This document shows positions 11,274 to 24,898 of a stretch of 64,000 bases of DNA, piece by piece. This DNA is from Fonticula alba ATCC 38817. Lineage: Eukaryota > Protista > Nucleariida. Under the pieces are notes generated by a model. It saw nothing but the letters and a program-made list of their open reading frames with translations, did not search any database and was not told where the DNA came from. The stretch lies in assembly GCA_000388065.2 (NCBI GenBank), contig KB932206.1; one strand, given 5' to 3'. Each line of letters opens with the position of its first letter. Position 1 is the first letter of the stretch. A program made the position numbers and the translations under genes.

Positions 11274-14200
11274 GGCAGGGAGTCGGGAGTCGGGAGTCGG
11301 CAGGCGAAGGGGCGAGGGGGAGAGGGGGCGAAGGGGGGAGAAGGCGAGGGGGGGTTGGAGGGGAGGACCTGTTTGGGGGGAGGCTGGTCCGCTGCCATGG
11401 GACAAGCAATGGTTGGGGGAGCTGGGGCACTGGGGGTCCTCAAAAGGGGCGAGAGGCTGCCCTCCTTCTGTTCCCCCCCCCCCCCCCCCCTGCCTGCCAA
11501 GCAAAGGGCTTGCGTCTGCGGATGGCTGGTTGTGTAGTGATCCCTCCGCACACCCGGGATGTTTCCCAACCGGGGGGTTTCGGGCCGGGGGAAGGCCGGT
11601 TGCGAGATGGTGGCAGCCCGCAATTTGCCACCGCTTGGAGGACCAGCCCCAAGGGTGATCGTGAGAATGGCCCGGGTGCGTCGGCACGTACAGGGAGGCT
11701 ATGCAGCCGCCGAGAGACGGGCCCGGGGGCGTGGGTACATGCATCCATACACACACACACCTCAGCAAGCGGGGCACTCGGGCCGGGTACGGGATTCATC
11801 TTTCCCTTTTAGCTCACCTCTGGCTGAGTTCAGGGTAGCTGCTAGTCAGCATTAACCGAGCGGGCGACGTTTGTAGAAAACGACAGGCGTGATCACTTCG
11901 GAATCCACCGCCCGGGCGTGATCAGTTCCTCGCTTGTGGGGCCGTCGCCCTCCGGCTTTCCGGTGTCCTCGCACTCGGGACGCGTCCGGAGGGGGCTGGT
12001 GGACCTCGCTGCGAAAGGGGGGCCACCACTTGGCCAGTCTCGGCATACGGCTGGCGCTTTTCTTTTTGCGCCTGGCCCTACGGCACCCCCCCCGCCTCCC
12101 GACTTGCGTGCGGCTTACCAGCCAAGCCCCCCGACACCGACGCATGGGCCTTGTTGGTGGGCATGGATGCGCCTGCCGCCGAGAGGTTCTCGCCAATGCA
12201 ACAGACACCCGCACCGAGGAGGGCGGGGGGGGGGGGGGGGGGATAAAGGCACTCAGCAGTTTGTCGTCGGGAACTTCCCCACAATCCCACCCGGCAAGGG
12301 TCCCCCGTCTCATGTGGACACGTTCCGCCTGAATGGTTCTCGATTGCGCGGCAGCGGTGACCGCAAAGGCGGGGGGGATTTTCTGAGCCTCACGCAAGGA
12401 CGAGTACCCAGCCCGGGCTTTCTAGTCCTGGCAACCCTGGGAGGCTGAGCAGTGGGCTGCTCGGTCATGGTGGCGCCATGATTGGCCATCTTGCCCCCCC
12501 CCCCNNNNNNNNNNNNNNNNNNNNNNNNNNNNNNNNNNNNNNNNNNNNNNNNNNNNNNNNNNNNNNNNNNNNNNNNNNNNNNNNNNNNNNNNNNNNNNNN
12601 NNNNNNNNNNNNNNNNNNNNNNNNNNNNNNNNNNNNNNNNNNNNNNNNNNNNNNNNNNNNNNNNNNNNNNNNNNNNNNNNNNNNNNNNNNNNNNNNNNNN
12701 NNNNNNNNNNNNNNNNNNNNNNNNGTCCGATGGCCAGTGTGGTGCCCGCTTACCAGGGGGGCACGGCTCGAAATTTGGGGCAGTCGTCGAGCCGCCATAC
12801 CGGGGATGCCATCTGGCTGTTTTCTGTCTTCCTCGCTTTCTCTCTCTGTCTCTCTCTCTCTCTCTCTCTGTCATCACCCCTCTCGTCCTGTCTCGACAAG
12901 GCCCCCTGCCCCCCTTGGGCATTGCCTGATCTTAGGCCATATCGAACGTCAGCCTTCTCGCCGCCCGGCCTCGGGGCGGAGTGTGAATCCGAAAACGGGA
13001 TGGGTGTGTTTGGTGAGAGGTGGGCGTCAAGGGGGTTCTTGCCCTCAGCAGCCCGAGAAGCGCATGCCCGGCGGTCGGGGGGGGGGGGGGGGCGGAGTGA
13101 GCGTGGCATTGTGGCACCCGGGACTATGGCAAGGAGGCAATGGACCTGATCGTGGGTCAGAAGGGCCCAACCGTGGACCTGCTGCCCTTGTGTGGTGAGA
13201 GGGGGGGGGGTCGGTCCGGGGAGGGAGGAATTAATGAGTGATGTCAGAGGCAAGTGCGGTTGGCAGGCCGAGCGGGGGAAGCGGAAAAGGGGCGAATCGC
13301 TGGCCAGCAAAAAAACAACAGCAGCAGGTGCTGCCACAGCCGCGCTAGCCACAACAGCGTTAGCAAGACAAGAGCAATAACAACAGCAGCGGCAACAACA
13401 ACAACAATAACAACTGCTGCATGCGAGATGCCCTGTGCCATGGTAGTTGACATTTGTCTGCCATGGCCAGGGAGGGTGTTCCACGGAGGAGCGGGCGGGA
13501 TCGGGTGCTACAGGCAAGCGCGAGCGCTCCTGTGTCCACATCACGATATTGTGATCATCCCCGACCACCGAGCTTTTCCAGGCAGGCATCATGCTTGCAA
13601 GGAAGGGGAGAGGGGGATGAGTGTAATGGCCCGAAGATAGGACCAAGCAAGGGGGAGGGGGGGGGGGGCCTGTTCGCGGAGCAGCCGACCCTCCAAGTGC
13701 CGCGGAGGCATCGGCTGAGAGGGACCGACCCCCCTGCGAGTGTGTGAAAAGTGAATGTGTCCCGGCGCATGGGGCCGTGCGTCGACCATTGGCTACCATC
13801 GACTGAGCGACGGAGAGGGCCCGATGTGGTTGCCGCCCCTGCCCTGGGGTGAGAGAGAGAGAGGGAAGGCAGCAAGGCAGATCGAGCGAGGTGCTGTTCT
13901 TCGCCACTCCCTCCGATCAGCCACTCTCGCCGGTCCCGTGCGAGCACTTCGGTCGCAATGCCCCTGAGTGGATCGGAGCGCATGTGTAAGAGACGTGTGC
14001 ATATATCTGCGTGGGTATTGGGGAATGTAAATGTGCGTGCATACACACCGGGACTGCGAGAGGGGGGACACATGCACCTGCCCCCTCAAGAGCACATACC
14101 CTCATGTATACCCACGATTGGGAGAAGCCGCCCTATCTTGGGGAGACTCCTCGTCACTGATGGCTCCCCGTGTGCCGGATCCCGGGAGCCCGAGTGGCTG

Positions 14201-16663
14201 GAGCTTGGTACCCCCGATCGCCGTCCCTGCGTAGGGTACTTGTGTGCACGTCCATCAAGGGATGCGCGCCTCCGGACGATATGATTGAGAGGCGCCTCGC
14301 CCGTGAGATCTGCGTTTGTTTGGGTGCCGGATGGCCCGGCACCTTTGACATCCATTCGTCTGGCTGCGTGCTGGCTTGTCCCCCCCCCCCCCTCTCGCCC
14401 ACACTGTCCGAGCATATGTGCTCGGACGGGTGCCCATACACTTGTCAACGAGCCTGGCCCTTCGCCGGCTCCGGACTCCCTTCGCTCCGGGCCAGCAGCC
14501 CAGCGGCCCCCTGGTCGATCAGTCCCTTCGTGCTGCCATCGATGTTGCCTGAGTGGGCGGGGGCGGGGGGATTTTCACGCGCCCGGCATCCGGCACGCGA
14601 GGGACCTTCTCTCTCCCCTCTCGGTCTCTGGCCGACCCCAGGGTGGCAGGGACTGGCGAGAGGCAGGCGATCGAGCTGGTCTCCTCTGCGAAGCGGCTCC
14701 GCACAGGGCGGGGTCGGGAGGGGGGGGCGGGGGGGCGGGGGGGGGGGGCCTGCGGGCATGGGCCAATTGTTTCGCACGCACCCGGCCCACAATACACATC
14801 TTGGGCCCGCCGACCCCGGCCCGTCCCCCGGCCCCCCCCCCCCCCCCTCGGCGGAGGGCCCCCTCTCGGGAGCTCGTTACCCGGGCCGGCGCGCAAGGAT
14901 CCTCTCGTACACAAGGCACACACACACACACACATGCTATCATTCGCATGCGAGGGGTATGCGGTCTGGGGCAAGGGCAATCGGGCAGGGGGGGCGTCCC
15001 CGTGGGGGGGGGGGGGGGAGGTGGGGCTCATCCGCCTGTAAGTACACAAACGCAGACACGCCTATGTCCCGGAGCGCACGATACACACAGACACACTCTC
15101 ACGCATAGGCGTGGACCTCGCGCCCAGGGACGCCGATTACGCCACCATGAACACGTACCCCCGGGCACCGAGCCAATAGACCGGGCGCGGATCTCCCCCA
15201 CACGTTGCCGGACAGCCTCTTTCGTGGCGCTTGTTATGTCTGGCCCCCCAGCCCCCCCCGCCCCCCGCCCCTGGCCCACTCTGCCCCAGTTCCGGCCCAG
15301 TCCAACCCCCTTCCCCCCCCCCCCCCGGTACGCCCCGGGATGCCGACCGTGTAGGTTGCTCAGGGGCCTGTTGTCTTTGGCGTTGCATGGCCGCCTGCAT
15401 CGTTGCTTGTGCGGGCGGGCGAGGCCCGCCCAAGGACACGTAGTCTCTTCGCTTGCAGCATGAGGGGGCCGATCCGGCGGGTGCCCCTATTGTGCGCTTG
15501 TGCACACGCCGGGGCTGCGCGACCCCTCGAAAAAGTGGCCATGTGAAAATTGGCATCTCAATGTGTGCCCCAACGGCTGGAACGTTCCACACCCGGGCTC
15601 TCCGCCCCCTCTCCCCCGGTGCTGCGCCAGATGTGCCCGGGGAAGGTGCGGTTCTGTGTACGCCAAAGGCCAAGATACCTCCGAGGAAGAGGCGTTAGCA
15701 GGACCTCTGCGTGCCCCCCCGCCCTGTCGATGGTGTTTTTCTCCCGGCCACTCTCTTGCTGCCTCTCTCTCTCTCTCGCTCTCTCTCTCTGTCTCCCTCT
15801 GACCCCACCCCCAGCTCGCGCGCCCTCCCTCGCACACCCGGATTCCATGCGCCACATTGCGGGAGCCCGCCTCGAAAGGCCCCGAAGCGTGCCAGATGCC
15901 CGGAGGGCGCCTGAACGAAGGGCGGGGGGGGGGGGGGGGGGGCGATGGCCAGCGGGCGGGGCACCCTTTGACCCGCCGCTCCCGATCAGACAATGCCGCG
16001 GGTTTGTCACATAAGCCCAGGGTCCGGTATTGGTGCTTCCCACCCCGCCCGTTTGGGCCCACGTTCCCCGCGCGCGCCCCCCCCCCCACCCCGTGGAGGC
16101 GTGCTGTTGATGTGCCACCCCCCACCAGGCCATTCTTTTCTTCAACATCCCCGGACGGAAGCCCGTCCACTGACTGGAGGCGGGCCCACGGCAATGAGGC
16201 TTGTCACTGGGCTCTCCGTCCACGCGCTCTGGTGTGTTGCCGCTGCGACGTGGAGAAAGCCAGGGCCGCCCCGAGGGCGGGGGGCGTTTTTCCTGGCGAG
16301 ATTACACACACCGGCCACAGAGACCGCTCTCGCTGGGTCCCTCTCCCTCGGCCGGCGGCAGGGTCCGCTTTCCCGATGGCCGCAAGACACCAAGGATGTC
16401 AGGCAATCTAGCACCCCGCGGCGATCCCTGCCACTCAGGTCTCCATCTTAGCCCCCCCCCCCCGCCGGGCCAGGTGAGCCATCACTTCATGAGGCCCCGG
16501 GGCCCCGGGCCTCTCAGCCCCAGAGAAAGGTTACCATCTCTCCCCTTCCCTCCTCTCCCTCCTCCCCTCGTCGTCCTTCTTGCGCGCGCGCCTCTCTCTC
16601 TCTCTCTGCCCCGCCCCCTCTCCCCTCGTCGCTCTCCTCCTCGCCTCCCCGTCTCCATCCAAG

Positions 16664-18405
16664 ATGAGCGCCTCAAACAGTGATCCTCTCTTCCACCCGG
16701 ACAAGTCCTGCACTCGTCCAGGAACCCCTTTCGCCGGCACCACACTTGTCCTGGTGCGCATTCTTCCCTCCCNNNNNNNNNNNNNNNNNNNNNNNNNNNN
16801 NNNNNNNNNNNNNNNNNNNNNNNNNNNNNNNNNNNNNNNNNNNNNNNNNNNNNNNNNNNNNNNNNNNNNNNNNNNNNNNNNNNNNNNNNNNNNNNNNNNN
16901 NNNNNNNNNNNNNNNNNNNNNNNNNNNNNNNNNNNNNNNNNNNNNNNNNNNNNNNNNNNNNNNNNNNNNNNNNNNNNNNNNNNNNNNNNNNNNNNNNNNN
17001 NNNNNNNNNNNNNNNNNNNNNNNNNNNNNNNNNNNNNNNNNNNNNNNNNNNNNNNNNNNNNNNNNNNNNNNNNNNNNNNNNNNNNNNNNNNNNNNNNNNN
17101 NNNNNNNNNNNNNNNNNNNNNNNNNNNNNNNNNNNNNNNNNNNNCTCGGCCGCCCTTCTCACCATTCCTCCCGCCGCTTCTGCCCCACAGTGTATCAGAC
17201 CTTCGACGGGTCGTGCACCATCTTGCAGCAGCGCTCCCCTGCCGTCGAAGGGTGTGATGCTCACTGGGCACGGGAGCTGTTTGACTGGATCCTTCGTGCC
17301 GGCTTCTCTGACGTCTGGCTCTTGACTGGCCTGGACTCAGCCGTGCGTGTCGACACCGACCTCCTGACGTGCGTTCGGCTCCCCCCCTCTCCATCTCCCA
17401 ACGACTACTCCTCTTCCTTTTTTTCCTCTCGCTCTGTCGCGCGCGCGCTCTCTCTCTCTCTCTCCCCTCGCACACGCGCGCATCAGTCGCGCATCTTCCC
17501 GCTCTCTCCTCTGCCCGGCACCCTCTCACACCGGCTTTTCCCGTCTCCTGCCCACTCCTTCTCCTTCTTTCCCCCCCCCCCACCTGCCCTGTCCTCCTGA
17601 TTTGCCGCGTCCTTGCAGCGATGCCAAGATCTATTTCAGTGCGACCCCACTCTGGATGGCCCGGATGGCCGAGAACCCGCACCTGTCTTTGCTGGCCTCC
17701 TCTTGGAAGCCGACCGGCATGCTGGTCGCCACGCCGCCGACCCCGGAGCAGCTCGACCAGGCGCGAGCCGGGGCCCTTGCCGAGGCCAGCGCCCTGTGCC
17801 AGGCCGAGAGCGCCGCTTCGGCCAGTTCTCCGGCCCCTGCCACTGTGGGGTCCCCCTCGGCCGGCAGCCATACCGGCGGGACCACGCCCACCGGCACGTC
17901 GGTCCTTTCCAAGATGCTCTCTCTGTCGGCCGCCTACAGCGGCATTTCCCCGGTCTTCTTCGGGCTCGATGCCACCGCTGGCCGGGGGCCCACCACCAGC
18001 GCCGACCGGGAGCTCCTCGAGCAAGATGCCAAGCTCCCCACTGGCAGCGGCTTCTCCCAGTACATCCTCCAGCGGGCGGCGCTGCTGTCGGCACATGCGG
18101 CTTCCTCCGGCCCCGAGGGGACCTCCTCGATCGCCAGCGACGAGGCCAAGGGGGGGGCCGCCACTTCCGTGGTGACCCCCCCGGCTGTCGTGGCCTTGGC
18201 CCGCTTCACGGCCGACGGTGACAACAAGTCTGACGCCTACATCGTGGCCACGGCCGTGCATGCGGCCCTCTTCGCCGCGCCGGACGCGGCCAAACGCAAT
18301 GTCGGCCCGGGTGGTGGCTTTGTTGAGACTTCGCTTGCCTGGCCACAGCCCTTCAGCTGGCGGCAGCTTTATGGTTCCCCCCTGCCCGATGCTCTCTTCA
18401 CTTGA
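16664..18405 (+). CDS. PSMG2: Proteasome assembly chaperone 2 (PAC2/PSMG2), interrupted by an N-gap and introns
   Basis: N-terminal FAGTTLVL, ILQQRSP...ELFDWI, and a C-terminus RFTADGDNKSDA...WPQPFSWRQLYGSPLPDALF that matches the PAC2 pattern (EGDN..DA...SW..L.G....ALF). Confidence 0.8.
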
Positions 18406-19395
18406 GTGTGTCCCAGCGTGGTGTGGGCGGTGGGCCGGCCCGTGAGAGGGGCGGAGTGGAAAAAAGAGCAATGCCCGGGGCCGGGGGAGAGCGGGGCCAG
18501 GTTATGGGGGTGATCGGGCAAATGGAGGGCCGAGGAGCGGTGTCTGAACCAGCGGGCGCCCCGTCGCGCGCTGATCCACCAACATTCCCTCCCTCTGTCG
18601 GTCTGTCCTCCTTTCGCCCCCGTTGTTCCTCCCCGTTCGCCTCTTTCTCCGTCTCCCTGTCTTCCTCCATGTCTCTGTGCTTGCCTGCCTCCCATTATTA
18701 CTCCTCAGAGCCACCAGTGAAGTGTTCTCACATCGCATGCGCGCCGGCTGTGCCGCGCGCAATTGTACACTACAAACATCCCCGAATACAAATACAAGAC
18801 GTACTGCCGAGTGTTGTCTGGCTTCGCGCGTGCTCCAGCCGTGCGAAACTGGCCGACACACTATCCCCCCTCCCACGAGAGCCATCCACCAACAACATGC
18901 CCACCCCGCGAGATGATCAAAACCAAATAGCAGGAGGGGCCGGCAGGATGTTCCCGGGCAAAGGAGGGCGCCGATGAAATCCCAGCCCGATCGGAAAGCG
19001 CACACATATTCGCACACACGCCCGCACGCGCACGCCCGCGCCTCGCCGGATGCGCAATCGGGGCGAGCAGGGCGCCTGACACTCCCGGCAGTCCAATCAT
19101 ATGATCTCACACGTGCCAGGTAGGCATATGACCTCGAGTCATGCCCACTGGTCGGCTTCCTCTCGCGGGAACCGCCGGACAGCGGGGGGGATGCTGGCGC
19201 AACAGAGCATCATCGCTGGTTCCCGAAACCCGAGGAATGAAGCTTGTGTCCAGGCATCCCCGCCTGGAGTGTCTGTGGCAGAGGTGGGAAGGGGGGGGGG
19301 GGGGGGGACCGGGCTAGGAAGGGGATGACTGTCTGGCGAAGGGAGGGGGCGCCACCTGGGACTCATCGGTGTCCCAGGGGACGGAGCAAGAGGAG

Positions 19396-19398
<3 letters not shown>

Positions 19399-19450
<52 letters not shown>
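19399..19450. repeat. (GA)n microsatellite
   Basis: About 26 uninterrupted GA units. Confidence 0.95.
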
Positions 19451-19452
<2 letters not shown>

Positions 19453-19823
19453 GGCGATTTGAATGGTCCCTTCTCTTTTTGCGCGTCGGGTCTTCCCAGC
19501 TCGTGAGCGGTGATTTCCCTCAGCATCTGGTGGTCTTTCAGAGCCCAGACCAATGCCGAGGAGCTCGTAAGCGTGTGTTGATCGCACAACGTTGTCGCCC
19601 CTCCCCCCCCCCGCCCCCCGCCTCCCCTGGGCCGCGGGAATGGAGGCCACAGCCGGGAAGGCTGGGATTGTGGGACTGCGGGCCGGGGAAAGCCATATAT
19701 CAGCCTCCCGGCTCGCGGGCTGGCGGCGCGTCCGCCCTTGGGGCACATCTCCACTTTCGGCCGACCTCTCCACACCCCCCCCCCCTCGCCCGCCCGCCTC
19801 CCTCTTCTCCACCATCCTTGACC

Positions 19824-22800
19824 ATGTCGGCCGCTGGCGACCGGTCGATATCCCCCACGGCCGGGCAGCCTTTGCTGACGGCCCTCGCGCTGTTTGCCCA
19901 GAAGGCTCTGGCTTTGGCTCCCCGGCTCATTCGAGAGTCTCCCCTCACTGCCCACCCTCGAATCCTGCTTGGGCTACTGTCCTTCGGGGCCGCCGGCTGG
20001 CTGGTGCACCTGTCTCGACAGAAGTTCATCGAGTTCCGCAACCAGCGGCACATTTCCGCCGACAAGACGGCCGAACTGACCTTCTTCCGTGCCCCCTCGG
20101 CCGACGACTCCGCGGAGCCGGGCAGTGCGGAGGCCGACGAGCGGCACAAGCAGGACCTCTTCATGGAGCCTCCCATCCAATACTCGTCCATCAATCACAG
20201 CATGTTCGAGGTCACGGCATCGGTGCTGCAGCCGCCCATCCCCACGGGCAGTTCTGACCCCGGTGCCAGCGCCGAGATGCCTGCTTCTGACGCCGGGCCC
20301 TCCTCTGCCGGGGCCCCGCCCGATGCCCATTCCACCGACCCAAGCACGGCCACCGCCGAGCCCGACTCCTCCAGCCCGGCCAGCGGCTTCAAGCCCATCA
20401 CCGCCGAGGCCATGCTCCACAGCCGTCAGAAGCACCACTCCTCCCGGTGCACTGCGTCGCCGCTGTACTGGAATGACCACCTCTGCCGGCATGGCCTGCG
20501 CTTCGGCCCGCCGCTCGATGCGTCTGGCATCTTTTGCCGCCACGCCGAGTGCCAGATCACCTCGCTGCCGGTTCGCCTTTGGCGCAATCTCTCCCTGGCG
20601 GTGGACTGCCTGCTGACCGGTGTACCCCTGTCGGAGCACTTCTTCTCCAAGGGCCGGCCATGCCCGGATCCCAGCCACCTTGACATCTTCCGAGACGGGC
20701 CCCTCGTCCGGCGGATCAATCACCCCCTGTATGATGTGCCCCTGGACCATGAGCCCCCGATCATGACTCGCGGCCACAAAGTCCGGACCATGACGCTGGC
20801 CTCGCGCTCGGCCTACTCGCACCTCCCGATCTCGACGCCCATTGAGACGGCCAAGCTCCTGTCGGCCTTGGCTTTCGACTTGCAACTGCGCTGTGCGTCC
20901 CTCCTTTCTGCCTCTTTCATTTCGGTGGCTTTTTATTTGGGGTCTTGTTCCCTCTCCCCATTAGCGCCTAACCTCGCCTGCTCTACTCTTCGCCCTGGCC
21001 CCCCCCCCCCCTTCCGCCTTGTCTTTTCCCCTCCGCTTTGTCTCTCTCCCTCTGCTTTGTCTCTCTCCCTCTGCTTTGTCTCTCCCCCTCTGCTTTGTCT
21101 CTCCCCCTCTGCTTTGTCTCTCTCTCCTCCCTCTCCTCTCTCCCTCTCCTCTCTCCCTCTCCTCTCTCCCTCTCCTCCCTCCCTCTCCTCCCTCCCTCTC
21201 CTCCCTCCCTCTCCTCCCTCCCTCTCCTCCCTCCCTCTCCTCTCTCCCTCTCCTCCCTCTCCTCACTTTACTGGCTGCAGCCTCCATCGCGCACAGGTCA
21301 ATCAGCTGCGACAATTGCAATATGTCCCCCCTGCTCGGGATCCGTTACACTTGCCTCAACTGCCCGAATTACGATCTGTGCCAACTCTGCGAGTCCATCC
21401 AAAGCCAGGCCCTTTTTGGCATCACCAGCCAGCATTTCATCAACACTCACCTTGAGAACAACGATTCGATCACCAAGTTCGAGTTGATCCACGACCCGCA
21501 GCACATTTTCATGAAGATCAATCTGCCCGTTTCCTCGATGCTCTCCTCCTTCACCACAAACATGCCGTTGATGTATCCCCCTCGGAGCTCGCCTCCCGGC
21601 ATTCCGACCGCCAAATCCTTCAGCCTGCCATTCCTGACGGCCCCGGAGCTGGCCGAGATCGCCGCCGCCGAGCCCCTGCTCACGACCATGGAAATCTCCG
21701 GGCTGTTTGTCATCTTCACCTCGGTGCTGTCCGACCCGGAAACCATGCGCATCACTCGACCAGCCTTCTACGCGGCCCTCGGGCACTATTCCGGCTTCTC
21801 CATCCTCACGGAGGATGTCCTGCAGCCGCAGCCCGCCGACGAGGACCAAGGTGCCTCCGCCCCCCCGGCCCCGGCCCCCCTCCAGCCGGATGCCCTCTTC
21901 TCGGCTTCCCTTTCGGAGGTGCTGCATGCCGAGCAGGGTGCGGTGGCCGCGCTCTCCGGTCGCCCGGCCCCCGGGACCGCTGATTCCGATTCCTCTGCCC
22001 TGGCTGACGGGCTGGAGCATGCCATCCGCCTGGCCGTCGACCAAGTGGACTCGCAGTGCTCCCAGCGCGAGCTCCCTCCCCTGACATACATTGCCGATCG
22101 TCTGTACGATTTCTACGACTTCGATGGCGATGGCTACATTTCCTTCCAGGACTATGTTCATGCCTATGCCACCACGCATCGCGGATCCCAGTCGGCCATT
22201 CTCCAGTGTACGTCGGCCCCCTTGGGCTCGGTGGCCTACTTTTCCCCCCTTTTCTCCCCTCCCTCCTCCCGGTGTCCTGTCACGCATGGGTGCACAGAAA
22301 AAAAAACAACCCCGAAAACACCCCATGCGTATATGGGCTTGCTGCAGTCCACAACTGACCTTCGCTTTGTGGCCCGGGCCCGGGCCGAACCATCCCCACC
22401 ACCTCCAGCCTTCTTCCGGATCGCCGACCAGGACCGTGATGGCCACATTGACAAGCACGACTTGAACCGCTTCCTGCGGGGCTGCTTCAGCCTGCTGCAG
22501 TCCACCATCTTCGACCAGCAGCGCATGTCCACCGAGGACAATGACTCGGCGGTCTGGAACTCATCCGTCATCCACCGGGACTCGGTGGTCTCGGATCATC
22601 CCGCGGCCGATGACGTGTTCACCCTCGGCAATGACCGGGTCCCGCATGACTGGGATCGGCCCCTGTCAGCCGCTCTTTCCCTCAACAGCTCGGACCTTCA
22701 GGATGGTGTGCCCTTCAGCGACATGCAGAGCACGCCGGCGGACCAGCTGCACGCCTTCCGCACCGCCTTCTCCGAGCTCGACTCCGAGGCCATGGTCGAC

Positions 22801-22983
22801 CAGATGATTTCCCGCCACTCGGAGAAAATCTTCGCTCGTCTGCACACCAGCACCCCGGGTGTCATTACCAAGAAGGAGTTCTACGAGCAGATCATCCTCC
22901 CGCTCCAGCGCAAGGAGGACATCAGCCTGTCCGAGAGCAACCTCTACTATCTGACCTTCTTCACCGAGATGCTCTTCTTGTAA
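19824..22983 (+). CDS. ZZ-type zinc finger + EF-hand protein with an N-terminal hydrophobic segment
   Basis: ZZ motif HRSISCDNCNMSPLLGIRYTCLNCPNYDLCQLCE...HIFMKI; EF loops DFDGDGYISFQDY and DQDRDGHIDKHDL; hydrophobic ILLGLLSFGAAGWLV; introns near 20893-21277 and 22209-22405. Confidence 0.85.
21021..21265. repeat. Intronic CT-rich minisatellite (units such as ctctccccctctgctttgt and ctccctctcctcc)
   Basis: Tandem units visible in the intron of the ZZ/EF-hand gene. Confidence 0.85.
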
Positions 22984-23120
22984 GGCAGTGCTCCAAAATA
23001 CACGTCAAATAAAAAATGCACACATACACGGTCGCCGTCCGCTGGTCGGCCTCGGGGCCATCCTTCCATCGGGGCAGACGGGAGTATGGCATTCATGTCC
23101 CGCCTGTGTTTCCCGGTTTG

Positions 23121-23755
23121 CTTGTGTGCGTGTGTGCGTGTGTGCGTGTGTGCGTGTGTGCGGGTGTGCGGGGGTGTGCGTGTGTGCGTGTGTGCGTGTG
23201 TGCGNNNNNNNNNNNNNNNNNNNNNNNNNNNNNNNNNNNNNNNNNNNNNNNNNNNNNNNNNNNNNNNNNNNNNNNNNNNNNNNNNNNNNNNNNNNNNNNN
23301 NNNNNNNNNNNNNNNNNNNNNNNNNNNNNNNNNNNNNNNNNNNNNNNNNNNNNNNNNNNNNNNNNNNNNNNNNNNNNNNNNNNNNNNNNNNNNNNNNNNN
23401 NNNNNNNNNNNNNNNNNNNNNNNNNNNNNNNNNNNNNNNNNNNNNNNNNNNNNNNNNNNNNNNNNNNNNNNNNNNNNNNNNNNNNNNNNNNNNNNNNNNN
23501 CGTGTGTCCGTGTGTCCGTGTGCGTGTGCGTGTGTGCGGGTGTGCGGGTGTGCGGGTGTGCGGGGGTGTGCGTGTGTCCGTGTGTGCGTGTGTGCGGGTG
23601 TGCGGGGGTGTGCGTGTGTCCGTGTGTCCGTGTGTCCGTGTGTCCGTGTGTCCGTGTGTCCGTGTGTCCGTGTGTCCGTGTGTCCGTGTGCGTGTGCGTG
23701 CGTGTGCGTGTGCGTGCGTGTGCGTGTGCGTGTGCGTGTGCGTGTGCGTGTGTGC
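23121..23755. repeat. Compound GT-rich satellite (GTGTCC, GTGTGC, GTGTGCGG units) spanning an N-gap
   Basis: Seen directly; it lies between two convergent genes. Confidence 0.9.
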
Positions 23756-23848
23756 ATGAGAAAGAGAGAAAGTGGAGAGGGAGGGGGATCCGGGGAGCAA
23801 ACGGAGCAAGAGGCGGATGGTGGGATGGCGTTGGGGGAGATGTCTGTA

Positions 23849-24898
23849 TTAGAAGAGCCCGGCGAAGATGTTGTCAATTTCCGAGGACTTGCTCTTCTTC
23901 GGCATTTTGGCCGTGGCCTTGGTCGTGCCACCGGCTGGGGCCACCGCCGATCGAGGGATCTTCTTGGAGGAGGGGACTCGCGCGGTGGGGAGCGTCGTGG
24001 CCATCTTGTTGGCAGATGCCACAGGGGGAACAGGGGGCGATGTCCCAGTGCCGGGCTTGCCACTCGAGAAGGGGCATGCCCGCACGCCGGTTCGGTCGGG
24101 CCCGGGTGCCGGGGCGCTGGAAAAGGGACACGCCCGAACATTGATCGGAGTGGGGGCGCTGATGAGGGGAGCGGCCGGCTCGGACGCGGAAAGGACATTA
24201 CTTTGGGGGGCGGGCGGGCGTTCCAGAGCCAACCGCAGCATGCCCAAGATGACCTGGGCGAGAACATGCACGCGCCCGAGACAGGCAAACTCCAGAGCAA
24301 CCAGGGCGAAGTTGTGCTCAATCGGCATCTCGGAAGAGGCCTTCCTGTAGGACAGCAGCATCATGGTCAGTACCCAAACCAGCAACGGAGGACGGCCGAC
24401 GTGAGGGAAAAGGAGCCAAGTACGCACATTCCACAATTCTCGATGGCCTCGCAGAACTGCACCCACCGTAGGGGGCCGCGAAGTCCGGCGCGTTAGCTTG
24501 TGGCAGGGTGACCGATGAAAAGGGTGGCCGGCCATGGAAGGTGGCTCGGCGCGTACCGACTCAAATTGCTCGATGGCCCTCGACAGGCCCTTTGCAGGGA
24601 GGTCGCGATTGAGAATCGTCTCCTGGGCGCGCTCATTAATGTGAAGGAACATCCGCACAACCTGGGCAGATGACGCGGAGGGTGTCAGAATGCAAAGTCA
24701 CCAAGATCCGCCAGGGAGAAGACCAAAGGCACCCTCCGATGCCTTGCTCGCACGTACCTTCTGCAAAGATCGGTAGTGGGGAAACTTGCTGTGCTGGTAG
24801 TTGTTCTTGTAGACCAGGCGCCGGAGGATGGCGCACTCGCCGGACAAAGTCAGCCAGAGCTGCCGCCGGCGCTTGATGCTGTCCTTGGGGGCCGGCAT
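23849..24898 (-). CDS. RNase MRP subunit RMP1 / NEPRO-like protein (DUF4477-type), 4 exons
   Basis: [30 protein letters not shown]|VVRMFL...[38 protein letters not shown] resembles the RMP1/NEPRO YKN.NQH...F..L.L...A...R pattern. The basic tail [16 protein letters not shown] is typical of nucleolar proteins. Confidence 0.62.
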
